Positions 17,637 through 28,235 of a DNA stretch of 64,000 nucleotides are shown in pieces. How positions within the stretch are numbered: position 1 is the stretch's first letter; the number at the start of each line of letters is the position of its first letter. The stretch covers positions 5,079 through 69,078 of the forward strand of contig JAYFPI010000055.1 of the NCBI GenBank assembly GCA_034927965.1. The letters run 5' to 3'. Origin of the DNA: Pseudoflavonifractor sp. Lineage in GTDB: Bacteria > Bacillota > Clostridia > Oscillospirales > Oscillospiraceae. The notes under the pieces are model-generated. The model was not told the DNA's origin and made no database searches. It worked only from the letters and a program-made list of their open reading frames with translations. Both the position numbers and the translations under genes were made by a program.

Positions 17637-17737
17637 AGGTTTCTCTGCGGCGGGCGCCGCGGAGATGTAATAGAAGTTTGTCGCTGAGGGCCGCCGCCTT
17701 CGGCGGCCCTCCCAGGATTTTGAGGAGGTATTCGGAA

Positions 17738-18907
17738 ATGTTCCGTATCAAAACATTAAATAAAATTTCCCCCGCCGGTCTGTCCGCACTGGACAAGACT
17801 CGCTATGTCGTCTCCGACGGAGAGGAGAACGAGGATGGCATTTTGGTCCGCTCTGCGGACATGCAGGAATATGGATTCTCTGATGCGCTGCGGGCCATTG
17901 CCCGGGCGGGGGCGGGCACCAATAATATTCCGGTGGCCCGCTGCTCCGAGGCCGGTATTGTAGTGTTCAACACGCCAGGCGCCAATGCCAATGCCGTCAA
18001 GGAGCTTGCCGTGTGTGCCCTGATCATGGCTTCCCGGAACGTAGCGGCCGGAACGAAGTGGATTGACGGCCAGATTGCCGCGGGGGCCGATATCGAAGAT
18101 GTAGTGGAGAAGGGCAAAGCCCAGTTTGTAGGCCCGGAGCTGATGGGGAAAAGCTTGGGCGTCATTGGCTTGGGCGCCATCGGTGTCCAGGTGGCCAACA
18201 TTGCTACCAAGCTGGGTATGACGGTTTACGGGTATGACCCCTTCCTGTCGGTGGACGCGGCTTTGTCCATGTCCCGGCTGATCCACCGGGCAATGGATCT
18301 GGAGACTATTTATAAAAACTGCGACTACATCACGATTCACGTCCCTCAAAATAAAGAGACCAAGGGAATGATCAACGAAGACGCCATCCACATGATGAAG
18401 GGCGGCGTGCGCATCATCAATCTGGCCCGTGGCGGGCTGGTGATTGAGGATGACATTCTTGCTGCCCTGGAAAATGGCAAGGTGGCGGCCTATGTCACGG
18501 ATTTTCCCACCAACAAGCTGGCCGCAGGGAAGAACGTCACGCTGATTCCCCATCTGGGGGCCTCCACTCCGGAGAGCGAGGAGAATTGCGCTGTAATGGC
18601 GGCGCAGGAATTGCGGGATTATCTGGAAAACGGCAATATCCGCAATTCGGTCAATTTGCCGACTCTTCAGCAGGAGTGGAGCGGCACTGCCCGGCTGTGT
18701 GTGATTCACCGGAACATTCCTGCAATGCTTTCCAGCATCACCGGGGTTCTTTCTCGTGGGAATGTGAATGTGGAGAACATGACCAACAAGTCTAAGGGTG
18801 AGTACGCTTACACCATGGTGGACATCGGCAGCCGCGTTTCTGACCGGGAGGTGGATGCCATCCGTGCCATCGACGGCGTTCTCCGGGTGCGTTACCTCAC
18901 TCACTGA
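17738..18907 (+). CDS. serA: D-3-phosphoglycerate dehydrogenase with ACT domain
   Basis: RAGAGTNNI, GLGAIG and PHLGASTPE; follows serC. Confidence 0.93.
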   Translation: MFRIKTLNKISPAGLSALDKTRYVVSDGEENEDGILVRSADMQEYGFSDALRAIARAGAGTNNIPVARCSEAGIVVFNTPGANANAVKELAVCALIMASRNVAAGTKWIDGQIAAGADIEDVVEKGKAQFVGPELMGKSLGVIGLGAIGVQVANIATKLGMTVYGYDPFLSVDAALSMSRLIHRAMDLETIYKNCDYITIHVPQNKETKGMINEDAIHMMKGGVRIINLARGGLVIEDDILAALENGKVAAYVTDFPTNKLAAGKNVTLIPHLGASTPESEENCAVMAAQELRDYLENGNIRNSVNLPTLQQEWSGTARLCVIHRNIPAMLSSITGVLSRGNVNVENMTNKSKGEYAYTMVDIGSRVSDREVDAIRAIDGVLRVRYLTH

Positions 18908-18933
18908 ACCGCTTTGAGACTGTACTGCGAATA

Positions 18934-18976
18934 AAAAAACCGGGTCTGCTCAATTTGGGAGCGGACCCGGTTTTTT
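18934..18976. terminator. Bidirectional terminator
   Basis: A6-CCGGGTCTGCTC...GAGCGGACCCGG-T6. Confidence 0.75.
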
Positions 18977-19271
18977 ATTCAGGAATCTCTACTGTGACAA
19001 AGGCATGGTCGGTGAGTAAATGGCCGGTTTCAGCCCGGAGAGAAAGGTGACGACCGTTAAAATGATAGGCGTCCAGCGCGTCCTGATCAGAAAAATCCAG
19101 GCAGATAAGAAGTTCGTGGGTACTGCCGGGACGAGTGAGGGAAACTTGAGTTCGCAGGAGGCCGGGACAGACCGGAATCAGGGCCTGAAAACGCAGATTG
19201 AGCCGGTAGGCCAGTTCTGATTTGTCGGGGCCTGACACCAGACAGTTCCAAAATGAGAGATATCGAATCAT
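18975..19271 (-). CDS. Dabb-family stress-responsive A/B barrel protein
   Basis: AAGGAG RBS; MIRY...IP...H.L...DF.D.DALDAY....RH pattern. Confidence 0.6.
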   Translation of the reverse strand: MIRYLSFWNCLVSGPDKSELAYRLNLRFQALIPVCPGLLRTQVSLTRPGSTHELLICLDFSDQDALDAYHFNGRHLSLRAETGHLLTDHAFVTVEIPE

Positions 19272-19499
19272 AAGGAGACTCCTTTGTTGTTTTTACTATT
19301 GTACCACAGGGGGAAAGAAAAGGGCAGTGGGACTGCTGAAAAATCCAAAACAGGTCTCCCGAGGGAGACCTGTTTTGAGAGAGAGGCGCGGGGAAGCGAG
19401 AGGCTGTTAAAAGATTCCCATGGCCAGAATAGCACGGGTAATCAGCATGAAGATGGCGGCATCCAGTAAAGGCAAGTCCGATGCTTAGTAAAAACAAAA

Positions 19500-19759
19500 G
19501 GAGGTGAGCTTTATCCCGTCGATCTCCAAATAAAAGGTGAGGTTGGAGAAGTAGTCGTCGTGCTGGCGAATGACCGGGTAGTCCAGCAGTTCCTCCATGG
19601 AGACCTCTTCGCGTTCATAAAGAGGACTCTCCGGACCTGCGTTGATGTACCAGGTGTCTTGGGCAATGGGATTAGAAGAGCTTCCGCCGCCTTGTTGATG
19701 CTACCACGTTCTGCCACTTCGGCAACGTAAAAAAGCTGTTGTAGCTGCAAAAAACTCAC
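19500..19759 (-). pseudogene. LysR-family regulator remnant
   Basis: HTH start LQQLFYVAEVAERGSINKAAEAL, then deletion or frameshift; a second frame has the substrate-domain fragment EVSMEELLDYPVI. Confidence 0.75.
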
Positions 19760-19822
19760 CTCTTTTTAACCGTATCATGGGAACTGGGGGTTGTCAAGCA
19801 TTCTGCCTTGCAAAAAATTATC

Positions 19823-19851
19823 TTGACAGATATGTTTTGCACAATTATACT
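19823..19851 (+). promoter_or_regulatory. sigmaA promoter of the GntR/ABC operon
   Basis: TTGACA-N17-TATACT. Confidence 0.75.
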
Positions 19852-19890
19852 GTGTATACTCAATAACTACGGAAGCTACGGAGGTGAACT

Positions 19891-20265
19891 ATGGACATTA
19901 TTATTCGCAACACCGGAGAGATTCCAATCTACGATCAAATTACCCGCCAGGTGAAGGGACTCATTTTCAGCGGTGCGTTGGCGGAGGGAGAGATGCTTCC
20001 CTCCATGCGGGTGTTGGCAAAGGATCTGCGAATTTCAGTTATTACCACCAAGCGAGCTTATGAGGAACTGGAGAGGGAGGGTTTTATTTTCACGGTGCCG
20101 GGAAAAGGGTGCTTTGTAGCGCCTCAGAATCTGGAGCTGATGCGAGAAAATGCCTTGCGGCAGGTAGAGGAATATTTGACAAAAGCGGTGGATGCGGCCA
20201 AGGGCGGCGGGATTTCCCGCGCGGAGGTGGCGGAGACGCTGGACATTATTTACGGGGAGGAATAG
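19891..20265 (+). CDS. GntR (YtrA subfamily) regulator
   Basis: PIYDQI, LPSMR.LA, TTKRAY.ELE and GKG.FV. Confidence 0.93.
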   Translation: MDIIIRNTGEIPIYDQITRQVKGLIFSGALAEGEMLPSMRVLAKDLRISVITTKRAYEELEREGFIFTVPGKGCFVAPQNLELMRENALRQVEEYLTKAVDAAKGGGISRAEVAETLDIIYGEE

Positions 20266-20268
20266 TAC

Positions 20269-21117
20269 ATGGAATACGCAGTCAAGATCGACCACTTATG
20301 TAAGGATTTTGGTGCTTTTGCTCTGAAGGATGTGTCTCTGGCCATTCCCGGCGGCACCATTCTGGGACTGATCGGGGAGAACGGCGCAGGCAAATCCACG
20401 GTGATTAAATGCCTGTTGGGGATTCTCCAAAGGGATAGCGGTGAAATCTCTCTGCTGGGGCAAGATGGGGAGGCGGCGCTCACCGAGGTGGGGTATGTTC
20501 CGGATGAGTGCCCCTTTGCGGATGTGTTAAAGGTAAAACAAGTTGGAACCTTTCTCGCCGGTGTGTTTCCACACTGGGATGGAGCCTTGTTTCAGCGGTA
20601 TTTGGAAAAGTTTGAGCTGTCGGAGAGCAAGAAGGTGAAGGAGCTTTCCCGGGGAATGAAAATGAAGCTTTCCATTGCGGCAGCGCTGGCGCACCATCCC
20701 AAGCTGCTGGTGCTGGATGAGGCCACCTCCGGGCTTGACCCAGTAATCCGGGACGAAATTCTAGATGAATTTCTGGCATTTCTTGCCGATGAGGATCACG
20801 CCATCCTGATCTCCAGCCATATCACCAGCGATCTGGAAAAGATTTGCGACTGGGTGGTCTACCTTCATAAGGGCGCTGTAACTGTCTCGGGGGCCAAGGA
20901 CGAGTTGCTGGACAGCTATGGAAAGCTATCCTGTTCCAGAGCCGATCTGGAACGGGTGGATTCATCACTGGTAGTGGGAAAGCGGACAGGAGAATTTGGC
21001 TGCCAGGCGCTGATCAAAAATCGGGAAGTCTTTCGGCAGGCGTATCCGGAACTGCCGCTGGACCATGCCAGCCTGGAAGATTTGATGATTTTTACCACAA
21101 GGGGGGATAAAAGATGA
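20269..21117 (+). CDS. ABC transporter ATP-binding protein
   Basis: GENGAGKST, LSRGM, LDEATSGLDP and SSH. Confidence 0.95.
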   Translation: MEYAVKIDHLCKDFGAFALKDVSLAIPGGTILGLIGENGAGKSTVIKCLLGILQRDSGEISLLGQDGEAALTEVGYVPDECPFADVLKVKQVGTFLAGVFPHWDGALFQRYLEKFELSESKKVKELSRGMKMKLSIAAALAHHPKLLVLDEATSGLDPVIRDEILDEFLAFLADEDHAILISSHITSDLEKICDWVVYLHKGAVTVSGAKDELLDSYGKLSCSRADLERVDSSLVVGKRTGEFGCQALIKNREVFRQAYPELPLDHASLEDLMIFTTRGDKR

Positions 21118-21731
21118 GGGGTTTTCTGAAACGGGACTTTTATCTTCTGCTCCCCACATTGAAAATTTACGGGGCGATATTTGCCATCATGTTAGTCGTG
21201 TCTTTTTTCACCGATTTGGGCATGAGCTTTTTTTCCGTCTACGTCTGCATTCTCTCGATGTCAGGAATTTTGGGGCTGTTCAGTTACGATGAGGCCAACC
21301 AATGGCAGGCCTATGCGGCAGCTGCGCCCGGCGGACGGCGCGGTCAAGTGGAGGCTCGCTATGCCCTCGCCATGCTTCTCTGTGCAGGGATGATCCTGCT
21401 GCTTTTGCTGTCTTATCTGGCAAGCCGGTCGGATGGAGAGATCATGGGAATGCCTTTCCTCTATGGCGGATTGGGGCTGCTCTATGCAGCCATCGCGCTT
21501 CCGCTATGCTATCGCTTTGGAGTACACAAAGGGCGGATGTTTATCATGACCATTGTGGTGATCTCTGCGGTAATGGGAATGGCGGGGAGTTTCGCTGCTG
21601 AGATGTCTTCCACAGGGGGCGGAGATAAATTCCCGATATGGTTGGGTGTGGCAGCACTGGCAGTCGGGATCCTTGCAATCCTGATTTCCAAATCGATTAC
21701 CATTCGGATCATGGAGCGTAAAGAGCTTTAA
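21114..21731 (+). CDS. ABC-2 type permease
   Basis: About six TM segments; overlaps the ATPase stop. Confidence 0.85.
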   Translation: MRGFLKRDFYLLLPTLKIYGAIFAIMLVVSFFTDLGMSFFSVYVCILSMSGILGLFSYDEANQWQAYAAAAPGGRRGQVEARYALAMLLCAGMILLLLLSYLASRSDGEIMGMPFLYGGLGLLYAAIALPLCYRFGVHKGRMFIMTIVVISAVMGMAGSFAAEMSSTGGGDKFPIWLGVAALAVGILAILISKSITIRIMERKEL

Positions 21732-21784
21732 GGAAGAAAAAAGCCACCCCCGGCGGGCTTTTGCCCACCGGGGGTGGCTTTGTG

Positions 21785-22978
21785 TTAGGGGAAAGTCATG
21801 CCGGAACCAAGCCCGTCGCTGTCCAGCATCCGTTCCAGCACTGCCACATCGGCGGTAATGTCCATGGCATCGGACTGGAAGAGCTGATCGAGCTGCTTTT
21901 CAAACCCCTCCACCACTTTGTCCATCATCCCCTCAATTCGCGCTTTGGCGGCGGAGATGTTGGTACCTTGAACCCCCTGAGCATCCATTTGGGCATAGGC
22001 CTTCAAAATTTTCAGAGTGGTTGGCAGGTAGTAGTTCAAAAACTGGCGTAACTGCCCGGCCTTAGCGGGATTTTGTCGTTGGTAGTCCAGAATCTTTCCG
22101 GTAATCTCCCCAATGCGATCGATTTTACGACTCATCTCTTCATCGGGGATGGCGTCATTGATAGCCTTGATTTCCTGCAAAATGGAGTCATCTGAGGATT
22201 CACTCTTTTTTCCGCTCTCGGCCTGTTTTGCCCAGTCCTGAGGCGGCTCATATCCCTGATCGGTAAGAACCAGACGCCCGGTGGCCCGGTCAATATAGCC
22301 CATGGGAAGCACTCCGTCGGAGAGCATCCGTTGAAGATCGGCAATCGCCTTTTTTTCCGATACACCGGCCGCACCCGCCAAGTCGGAAATAAAAATGGAA
22401 CTGCGCTGACCGATGAGTCCCAGATAGAGCCGCTGCCGGCGGGCGCGGCGGGTCATAGAGATTCCCGTTCCCGTCATGAAAAGGCTGGCACAGAGGAATC
22501 CAAAGGTGGTAAAGGCCCCTGTGATAGCGCCGGCCCCGGAAAGACCCAGGGCGGCGATCACACTGAAGCAGGAGATTGCAAAGGTAATGGAAAAAATCGT
22601 ACCCAATACCGTAAGGGCAGTGCCGCTTCGCGGCGCGCGAAAACCTCTGCGGTTGTCACTGCGCTGTCTTGCCCGGCCCGGATCGAAGCGGGCGGAACCC
22701 ATGCCCGGGACGGATCCGGCAGAGGAGGAAGAGGTTGGAGGCGTCTGCCTCCGCGCCTCACCGCCCTGAGCCTGCCAATCCGCCGCGCTGCTGGGGGCGT
22801 ATGGTCCCGCTCGGAACGAGGAGCCGTAACGGCCTTTCATGTCCCGGCGAATCTGATCCGTGGGGATGTGTACTCCACCCAAATTCATAAAAAGAAGTAC
22901 CATGCCAGCCGGCCAGAAAAAGATGAAGCCCAGCACGATGAGCCACCATGGAATGTTGGAATCCTGCTTATTTGACAT
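21785..22978 (-). CDS. XpaC-family (5-bromo-4-chloroindolyl phosphate hydrolysis) membrane protein
   Basis: FLNYYLPTTLKIL..Y and QLDQLF..DAMDI..D..VL. Confidence 0.8.
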   Translation of the reverse strand: MSNKQDSNIPWWLIVLGFIFFWPAGMVLLFMNLGGVHIPTDQIRRDMKGRYGSSFRAGPYAPSSAADWQAQGGEARRQTPPTSSSSAGSVPGMGSARFDPGRARQRSDNRRGFRAPRSGTALTVLGTIFSITFAISCFSVIAALGLSGAGAITGAFTTFGFLCASLFMTGTGISMTRRARRQRLYLGLIGQRSSIFISDLAGAAGVSEKKAIADLQRMLSDGVLPMGYIDRATGRLVLTDQGYEPPQDWAKQAESGKKSESSDDSILQEIKAINDAIPDEEMSRKIDRIGEITGKILDYQRQNPAKAGQLRQFLNYYLPTTLKILKAYAQMDAQGVQGTNISAAKARIEGMMDKVVEGFEKQLDQLFQSDAMDITADVAVLERMLDSDGLGSGMTFP

Positions 22979-23153
22979 GCTGCGCCTCCAAAACATACTT
23001 TTACACTTATCACATATCATACAACGAAAGAGAGGCATTGTAAAGCAAAAACCGGGAGAGATATGACGGCTGTAACCGTTCTGTTATTGCTTTTTTGGGC
23101 AGAAAAACATATAATGACCTATATCTTGTGTTCAGTGATCTGGAGTGGTGGAA

Positions 23154-24971
23154 ATGGAAGAAAAAGAGGCCGGCAAGCGGGTCGCGCCTGGCGCAGGGAA
23201 AAAGACAGGGTTCCTTGTGGCAGGGATTGCGGTCGGTGTGTTGGTGGCGGCCTATCTGGGGCTGTGTGCCTTTGCCAACGGAGATAAACTGTGGCCCAAT
23301 ACTTATATGCTGGGGATTGATCTTTCCGGACTGACTTCGTCCCAGGCGGAGTCGCGGTTGTCCGTTTCCCTTCCCGGTAAGCTGGCGGAAAAACGGGTGG
23401 AGCTCTACGAACCCGGCAGCGGGCAACGGGTGGAGTTGGACACCAACGGGCTTATGGAGGCCGCCGATCTGGCGGGCGACGTGAACACCGCAGCCCGGAC
23501 GGATCGCTGGGGTGCGAATTTTCTGACTCTGGGCGGGCGTTATCTGTCCCGGGTGATTTCCAGGAAAAATGTTGAGGTTTCGCCGACGCTGACCTTTACC
23601 GATTCCGGGGAGAAGCGGATGGCACAGGCGCTGGAAGAGTTTTCACGGGAATTGGGCATTGAGGGCAATGAGACCACCTATGAGGTCACAGACACCGCCA
23701 TTTTGTTTAAAAAGGGTGTCACCGGTATGGCGGTAGATGGAGAAGCGGCCCGGAGCGGTGTGGGCTTTGCCCTCTGTGGTACAGGACCGGAGACGGTGAA
23801 GATTTCCCTCATTCAGGCCCCGCCGGCTGAGCCGGACTTTGACGCCATTCACAAGGAAGTCTCGGCCCAGGTGGCAGATGCCTATCTGGATGAGGAGAGC
23901 GGAAAGATTGTCCCATCGGTGACGGGCGTGGATTTTGATATCACAACAGCAAAGGATGCTCTGGCGCAGACCACCGAGGGCAAGATTTGCCGGGTTGAAT
24001 TGACACTGACGGAACCAAAGACCACCACGGAGAGGCTTCATGCCGTCCTGTTCCGGGACACGTTGGGTTCCGCCGTCACCAAATTTTCCGGGACTGCGGC
24101 CCGAAAGGATAATATTAAGCTGGCGGCCAGCTTCATCAACGGGTATATTGTCTTTCCGGGGAAGGAGTTTTCTTATAACGCTCTCTGCGGTCCCTATGAG
24201 ACCTCCAAGGGCTATGGAAAAGCTGGTGCTTACGTCAATGGGAAGACGGTGGATACGACGGCCGGAGGCATCTGTCAGCTTTCCTCTACTCTGCACTGGG
24301 CGACCTTGAAGGGAAATCTGGAGGTCACGGAGCGCCATTGCCACCGTTACGAGCCGGGATATATTCCCGGCGGGTTGGATGCCACGGTGTATGGAAACAG
24401 TCTCGACTATCGATTTAAGAACACCACCGAGTATCCGGTGAAGGTGGAGGCCTATGTGGACGGGAAAAACTATGTCCATGTTGTTCTCTATGGGACCAAT
24501 ACTACCGGCATCCACGGGGAGCCGTACAGCACCAACCGGACTGTGACCGAGTATGCCAAGACGCTGTACGAGCCGAATGGGGACATTCCTCGCGGCACAA
24601 CACAGAAAGACCCGGAGCGCACGGCCTATAATGCCGTCACGGTGGAGGCGTATCAGAAACTGGTGGATGCCAACGGGAATACTGTGAATACCACCTTTCT
24701 CCATAAGGACAGCTATAAACTGCGCAATGCCGTTGTTTTCTATCATCCTGCCGACGCTGCTTTGTGGGGGATTGACCCCGCAACCAGACTGAAGACGCTG
24801 GCGCCCGTGACGCCGACCCCGGAGGCCACGCCGACTCCGTCGGAGAGCCATACTCCCGCCGCAACGGCGGAGCCCACGGTGCCAACCGTGGAGACTACTA
24901 CTCCTGCGGCAGAAGAGACCACCACTCCAACGGCGGATCCAAATGACCCATTGCTTCCGCCAGAAGCCTGA
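23154..24971 (+). CDS. VanW-family protein with N-terminal TM and Pro/Thr-rich tail
   Basis: NI.LAA, FSYN and GGICQLSSTL; G.DATV..DYRFKN. Confidence 0.9.
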   Translation: MEEKEAGKRVAPGAGKKTGFLVAGIAVGVLVAAYLGLCAFANGDKLWPNTYMLGIDLSGLTSSQAESRLSVSLPGKLAEKRVELYEPGSGQRVELDTNGLMEAADLAGDVNTAARTDRWGANFLTLGGRYLSRVISRKNVEVSPTLTFTDSGEKRMAQALEEFSRELGIEGNETTYEVTDTAILFKKGVTGMAVDGEAARSGVGFALCGTGPETVKISLIQAPPAEPDFDAIHKEVSAQVADAYLDEESGKIVPSVTGVDFDITTAKDALAQTTEGKICRVELTLTEPKTTTERLHAVLFRDTLGSAVTKFSGTAARKDNIKLAASFINGYIVFPGKEFSYNALCGPYETSKGYGKAGAYVNGKTVDTTAGGICQLSSTLHWATLKGNLEVTERHCHRYEPGYIPGGLDATVYGNSLDYRFKNTTEYPVKVEAYVDGKNYVHVVLYGTNTTGIHGEPYSTNRTVTEYAKTLYEPNGDIPRGTTQKDPERTAYNAVTVEAYQKLVDANGNTVNTTFLHKDSYKLRNAVVFYHPADAALWGIDPATRLKTLAPVTPTPEATPTPSESHTPAATAEPTVPTVETTTPAAEETTTPTADPNDPLLPPEA

Positions 24972-24992
24972 TGAGAAGGAGCATACAAAAGC

Positions 24993-25673
24993 ATGTTTCA
25001 AGGTTTTTCACAACAGACCGTGGATTTTTTGTGGGGGATTCGATTCAACAATGAACGCAGCTGGTTCGAAGCCCACAAAGAGGAATATCAAAAAAGCCTC
25101 TATCAGCCCATGAAGGAACTTTGCCGGGACCTGCACGAGGGATTTGTGGAAAGGCATACCGATCTGGAAATGACCAGCCGGGTTTGCCGCATTTACCGGG
25201 ATGCCCGCAGGCTTCATGGCCAGGGGCCATACAAGGATCACCTGTGGCTTACATTGTCTCAGCCGGTGGAGCGATGGTCATCGGCCCCGGTATTTTGGTT
25301 TGAAATTTCCCCGGAGGGATATAGCCATGGCGTAGGCTATTGGATGGCCCAGGCACTGACGATGGCCAAATTTCGTGCTCGGATGGATCGGGACCCCAGG
25401 GCCATGGAGAAGCTGGCCAGACAGATCAAGAAGCAGGACACCTTTGTGTTGGATGGGGAGGACTTCAAGCGTCGGAAGCCGGTACCCAGCGCGCTGCTGG
25501 AGCCTTGGTACAACAAGAAAAACGGTTTTTCACTCAGCTGTGGCTGCCCTCACGACGACTTGATTTTTTCCTCTGACTTGCCTGGGGCGCTTTTGGACAA
25601 ATGGGAGCAGTTGGTTCCTCTGTTTCGATATCTATCTACGTTGGATGGAGACCCTGATCCCAGAGAATCGTAA
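24993..25673 (+). CDS. DUF2461-family protein
   Basis: NNERSWFEAHK..Y and RIYRDAR...PYK. Confidence 0.85.
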   Translation: MFQGFSQQTVDFLWGIRFNNERSWFEAHKEEYQKSLYQPMKELCRDLHEGFVERHTDLEMTSRVCRIYRDARRLHGQGPYKDHLWLTLSQPVERWSSAPVFWFEISPEGYSHGVGYWMAQALTMAKFRARMDRDPRAMEKLARQIKKQDTFVLDGEDFKRRKPVPSALLEPWYNKKNGFSLSCGCPHDDLIFSSDLPGALLDKWEQLVPLFRYLSTLDGDPDPRES

Positions 25674-25758
25674 AATTTCAGAATTTTTTGACAGTAACAA
25701 ATACCACCCGGCTGTGCATACTGAGAGGGGAAATTCTCAGAAAGGCGGCGGGGTGGTT

Positions 25759-26496
25759 TTGCGTTTGGATTGGAAAAAAACAGCAGTACTGGCCCTGACA
25801 GCGGCGCTGGTGTTTCCCTGGGTGGGGGTTGCCTTTCAGGAGAGGTACCCCGAAACGTGTCCTGCAGACGCGGTTTTGACCGAGGAGTGCGAGCCGAAGC
25901 TGATTGCCCTCACATTTGACGACGGCCCCAGACGCTTTGCAACCACGCAATTACTGGACGGCTTGGCTCAGCGGGGCGTAAAGGCCACTTTTTTTGTGAT
26001 TGGGAGTCAAGTGCCCGGCAACGAGGATCTACTGCGCCGGATGGACAGGGAGGGACACCAGATTGGCATCCACACTTATGACCATGTGAGGATTACAGGA
26101 CTCAATGCGGCTGATTTTTCCGCACAGGTGGATCGAACCCGCACAGTGCTGAAAAATGTGCTGGGACACAACGACTTTCTGCTGCGCCCACCGTACGGTA
26201 TGGTGGATAATGGCGTAAGACGCCGGGCAGGCTGCCCCATTATTCTCTGGTCCATCGATCCTGAAGACTGGGACGACAGAAATGCCGACCGAGTTGTGGA
26301 GCATGTAATTTCACGGGCAAAGGACGGGGACATTATCCTGCTCCATGACATCTATCTCACCTCTGTGGAAGCTGCACTGCGCATTGTGGATGCACTTCAC
26401 CAGAAGGGATTTTACTTTGTCACTGTGAACGAGTTGGCGGATCAGCGCCATGTAGATTTAAAGGCAGGCAGCACCTATCGCAATTTTTATCAGTAG
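25759..26496 (+). CDS. Polysaccharide (peptidoglycan) deacetylase, CE4/NodB
   Basis: LTFDDGP, HTYDH, RPPYG, DPEDW and LLHD; N-terminal signal/TM. Confidence 0.9.
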   Translation: MRLDWKKTAVLALTAALVFPWVGVAFQERYPETCPADAVLTEECEPKLIALTFDDGPRRFATTQLLDGLAQRGVKATFFVIGSQVPGNEDLLRRMDREGHQIGIHTYDHVRITGLNAADFSAQVDRTRTVLKNVLGHNDFLLRPPYGMVDNGVRRRAGCPIILWSIDPEDWDDRNADRVVEHVISRAKDGDIILLHDIYLTSVEAALRIVDALHQKGFYFVTVNELADQRHVDLKAGSTYRNFYQ

Positions 26497-26624
26497 CGCA
26501 ATACTTTTGTAAGGAAAAGACCTTAAGACGGCATTACAAATAGTGACATTTATCTTTCGACCGTTGACGATTTTTGCCCAACCGTGTACAATGGGAGCAG
26601 AAAATGAAAAACGGAGGGAAGACT

Positions 26625-27659
26625 ATGGCACGCCGCACCGACTCAAAAAAGGAACTCATTGAATGCGAGTACTGCGGAGAGAGTTACTCTTCCACATATA
26701 AGAGATGCCCCTTCTGCAACGGGGACGGAACAGGCCGCTGGGATGACTTGGATAGCCTGGAGGATGAGGACGATTACGACGAGGAAGAAGAATCTCGAAC
26801 GGGAGGCGGAAAGCGTTTGGCAGGCGGCAGCAGAAGAGGGGGACGTGGCGCTCCCTCTGTTGGAAGGATTATTATGACCATCGTGTCTCTGGCGCTCATT
26901 ATAGCGGCAGTTTGTATCGTGATTTCCATTGTGAAGTCCATGCTGGGTGGAACGAAACCAGGTCCTGCGCCTACGGCGTCTCCCGCAGTAGAGAGCAGCG
27001 TTCCGTCTGAGGCTCCGGCCGAGAGCGGTGAGATTTTGGAGAGCAGCGCACCTGCGGAAAGTGCGGCTCCTGCAGAGAGCCAAACGCCGACTGCCGGACA
27101 GACTTCCGGGCTGAGCACGGCTACTGGTTTTACCCTGAACCGGGAGGACTTTACCTTTGATGCCGCCGGGCAGGTGTTCCAGATGAAGGCAGCCTTTACC
27201 CCGGAGGGAAGCACAGGGGACATCACCTGGAAGTCCAGTGACCCCAATGTGGCCGCTGTCTCCTGGAATGGTGTGGTTACCTCGGTGGCATCCGGTACGG
27301 CCACTCTCACCGCGTCGGTGGCAGGCGTCGGGGAAAAGACCTGCATTGTTCGATGCAATTTCAAAAGCGGCGGCACAACTTCGGCGGCCACCCCGGCCCC
27401 CAGCGGTTCCAGCGCTGCTTTGTCCGGGGCCTCCGGACTCAAACTCAACCGGGAGGACTTCACACTGACCAAGGTGGGAGAGAGCTTCCGTATGGTGGTG
27501 TCGGGAACCAGTTCCTCCGTCAGTTGGGCCAGCAGCAACAAATCGGTGGCCACCGTGAGCGCTGACGGAACAGTCACCGCCGTGGGAAAGGGCACCTGCA
27601 ATGTCACCGCCACCGTGAACGGGACGACCCTGAAATGTATTGTCCGCTGCAGCTTCTGA
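26625..27659 (+). CDS. Membrane protein with N-terminal zinc ribbon, Ser/Pro-rich linker and two Big_2 Ig-like domains
   Basis: CEYC...CPFC; TM; repeated LNREDFT...W.SS...VA.V...G.VT.V..GT. Confidence 0.85.
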   Translation: MARRTDSKKELIECEYCGESYSSTYKRCPFCNGDGTGRWDDLDSLEDEDDYDEEEESRTGGGKRLAGGSRRGGRGAPSVGRIIMTIVSLALIIAAVCIVISIVKSMLGGTKPGPAPTASPAVESSVPSEAPAESGEILESSAPAESAAPAESQTPTAGQTSGLSTATGFTLNREDFTFDAAGQVFQMKAAFTPEGSTGDITWKSSDPNVAAVSWNGVVTSVASGTATLTASVAGVGEKTCIVRCNFKSGGTTSAATPAPSGSSAALSGASGLKLNREDFTLTKVGESFRMVVSGTSSSVSWASSNKSVATVSADGTVTAVGKGTCNVTATVNGTTLKCIVRCSF

Positions 27660-27739
27660 GCAGAAAATATTTTACATCATAAAGAGAGAGGCGGCCCACC
27701 GTTTGGCGGGGCCGCCTCTCTCTTGCAAAATGAAGGTAT

Positions 27740-28174
27740 TCAATTTTCCAGTGCTGAGATCTTGTCCACCCGACGCTGGTGGCGGCCGCCTTCAAACGAA
27801 GTGTTCAGAAACGCCTCTACGATGCGTTCAGCCAGGTTGGGGCCAATCATGCCGCCGCCCATGGCCAGCATATTGGCGTCGTTATGGCGGCGGGTCATCT
27901 CGGCGGAGAGCGAGTCGGAGCACAGGGCACAGCGGATGCCCTTGATCTTGTTGGCGGCAATAGAGATGCCAATGCCGGTGGTGCAGATGACGATTCCCTT
28001 TTCGCACTCACCGGAAGCCACCGCACGGGCGGCGGCGGCGCCGAAGTCGGGATAGTCGCAGGAATCGGTGTTGTCACAGCCGAAATCCTTGTAGGGGATG
28101 CTGTTGGCCTCTAAATAGCCGATGATATGCTGTTTGAGGCCAAAACCTCCGTGGTCGGAACCCAGTGCGATCAT
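27740..28174 (-). CDS. rpiB: Ribose-5-phosphate isomerase B
   Basis: GSDHGG, DYPD, CTTGIG, HNDAN and GRHQRR. Confidence 0.95.
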   Translation of the reverse strand: MIALGSDHGGFGLKQHIIGYLEANSIPYKDFGCDNTDSCDYPDFGAAAARAVASGECEKGIVICTTGIGISIAANKIKGIRCALCSDSLSAEMTRRHNDANMLAMGGGMIGPNLAERIVEAFLNTSFEGGRHQRRVDKISALEN

Positions 28175-28235
28175 ATAATGTCCTCCTAATATTGTTGAAA
28201 ATGGATTGACAAGGAAACCAAAAGGGCGCGCGGGA

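Noticed and set aside
17641-17712. Two GC hairpins between serC and serA as a riboswitch
   Set aside because: No recognisable aptamer and no U-tract; more likely mRNA-stabilising stem-loops
23154-24971. Vancomycin-resistance locus
   Set aside because: VanW-domain proteins are common chromosomal genes and no van ligase, vanH, vanX or vanRS is present
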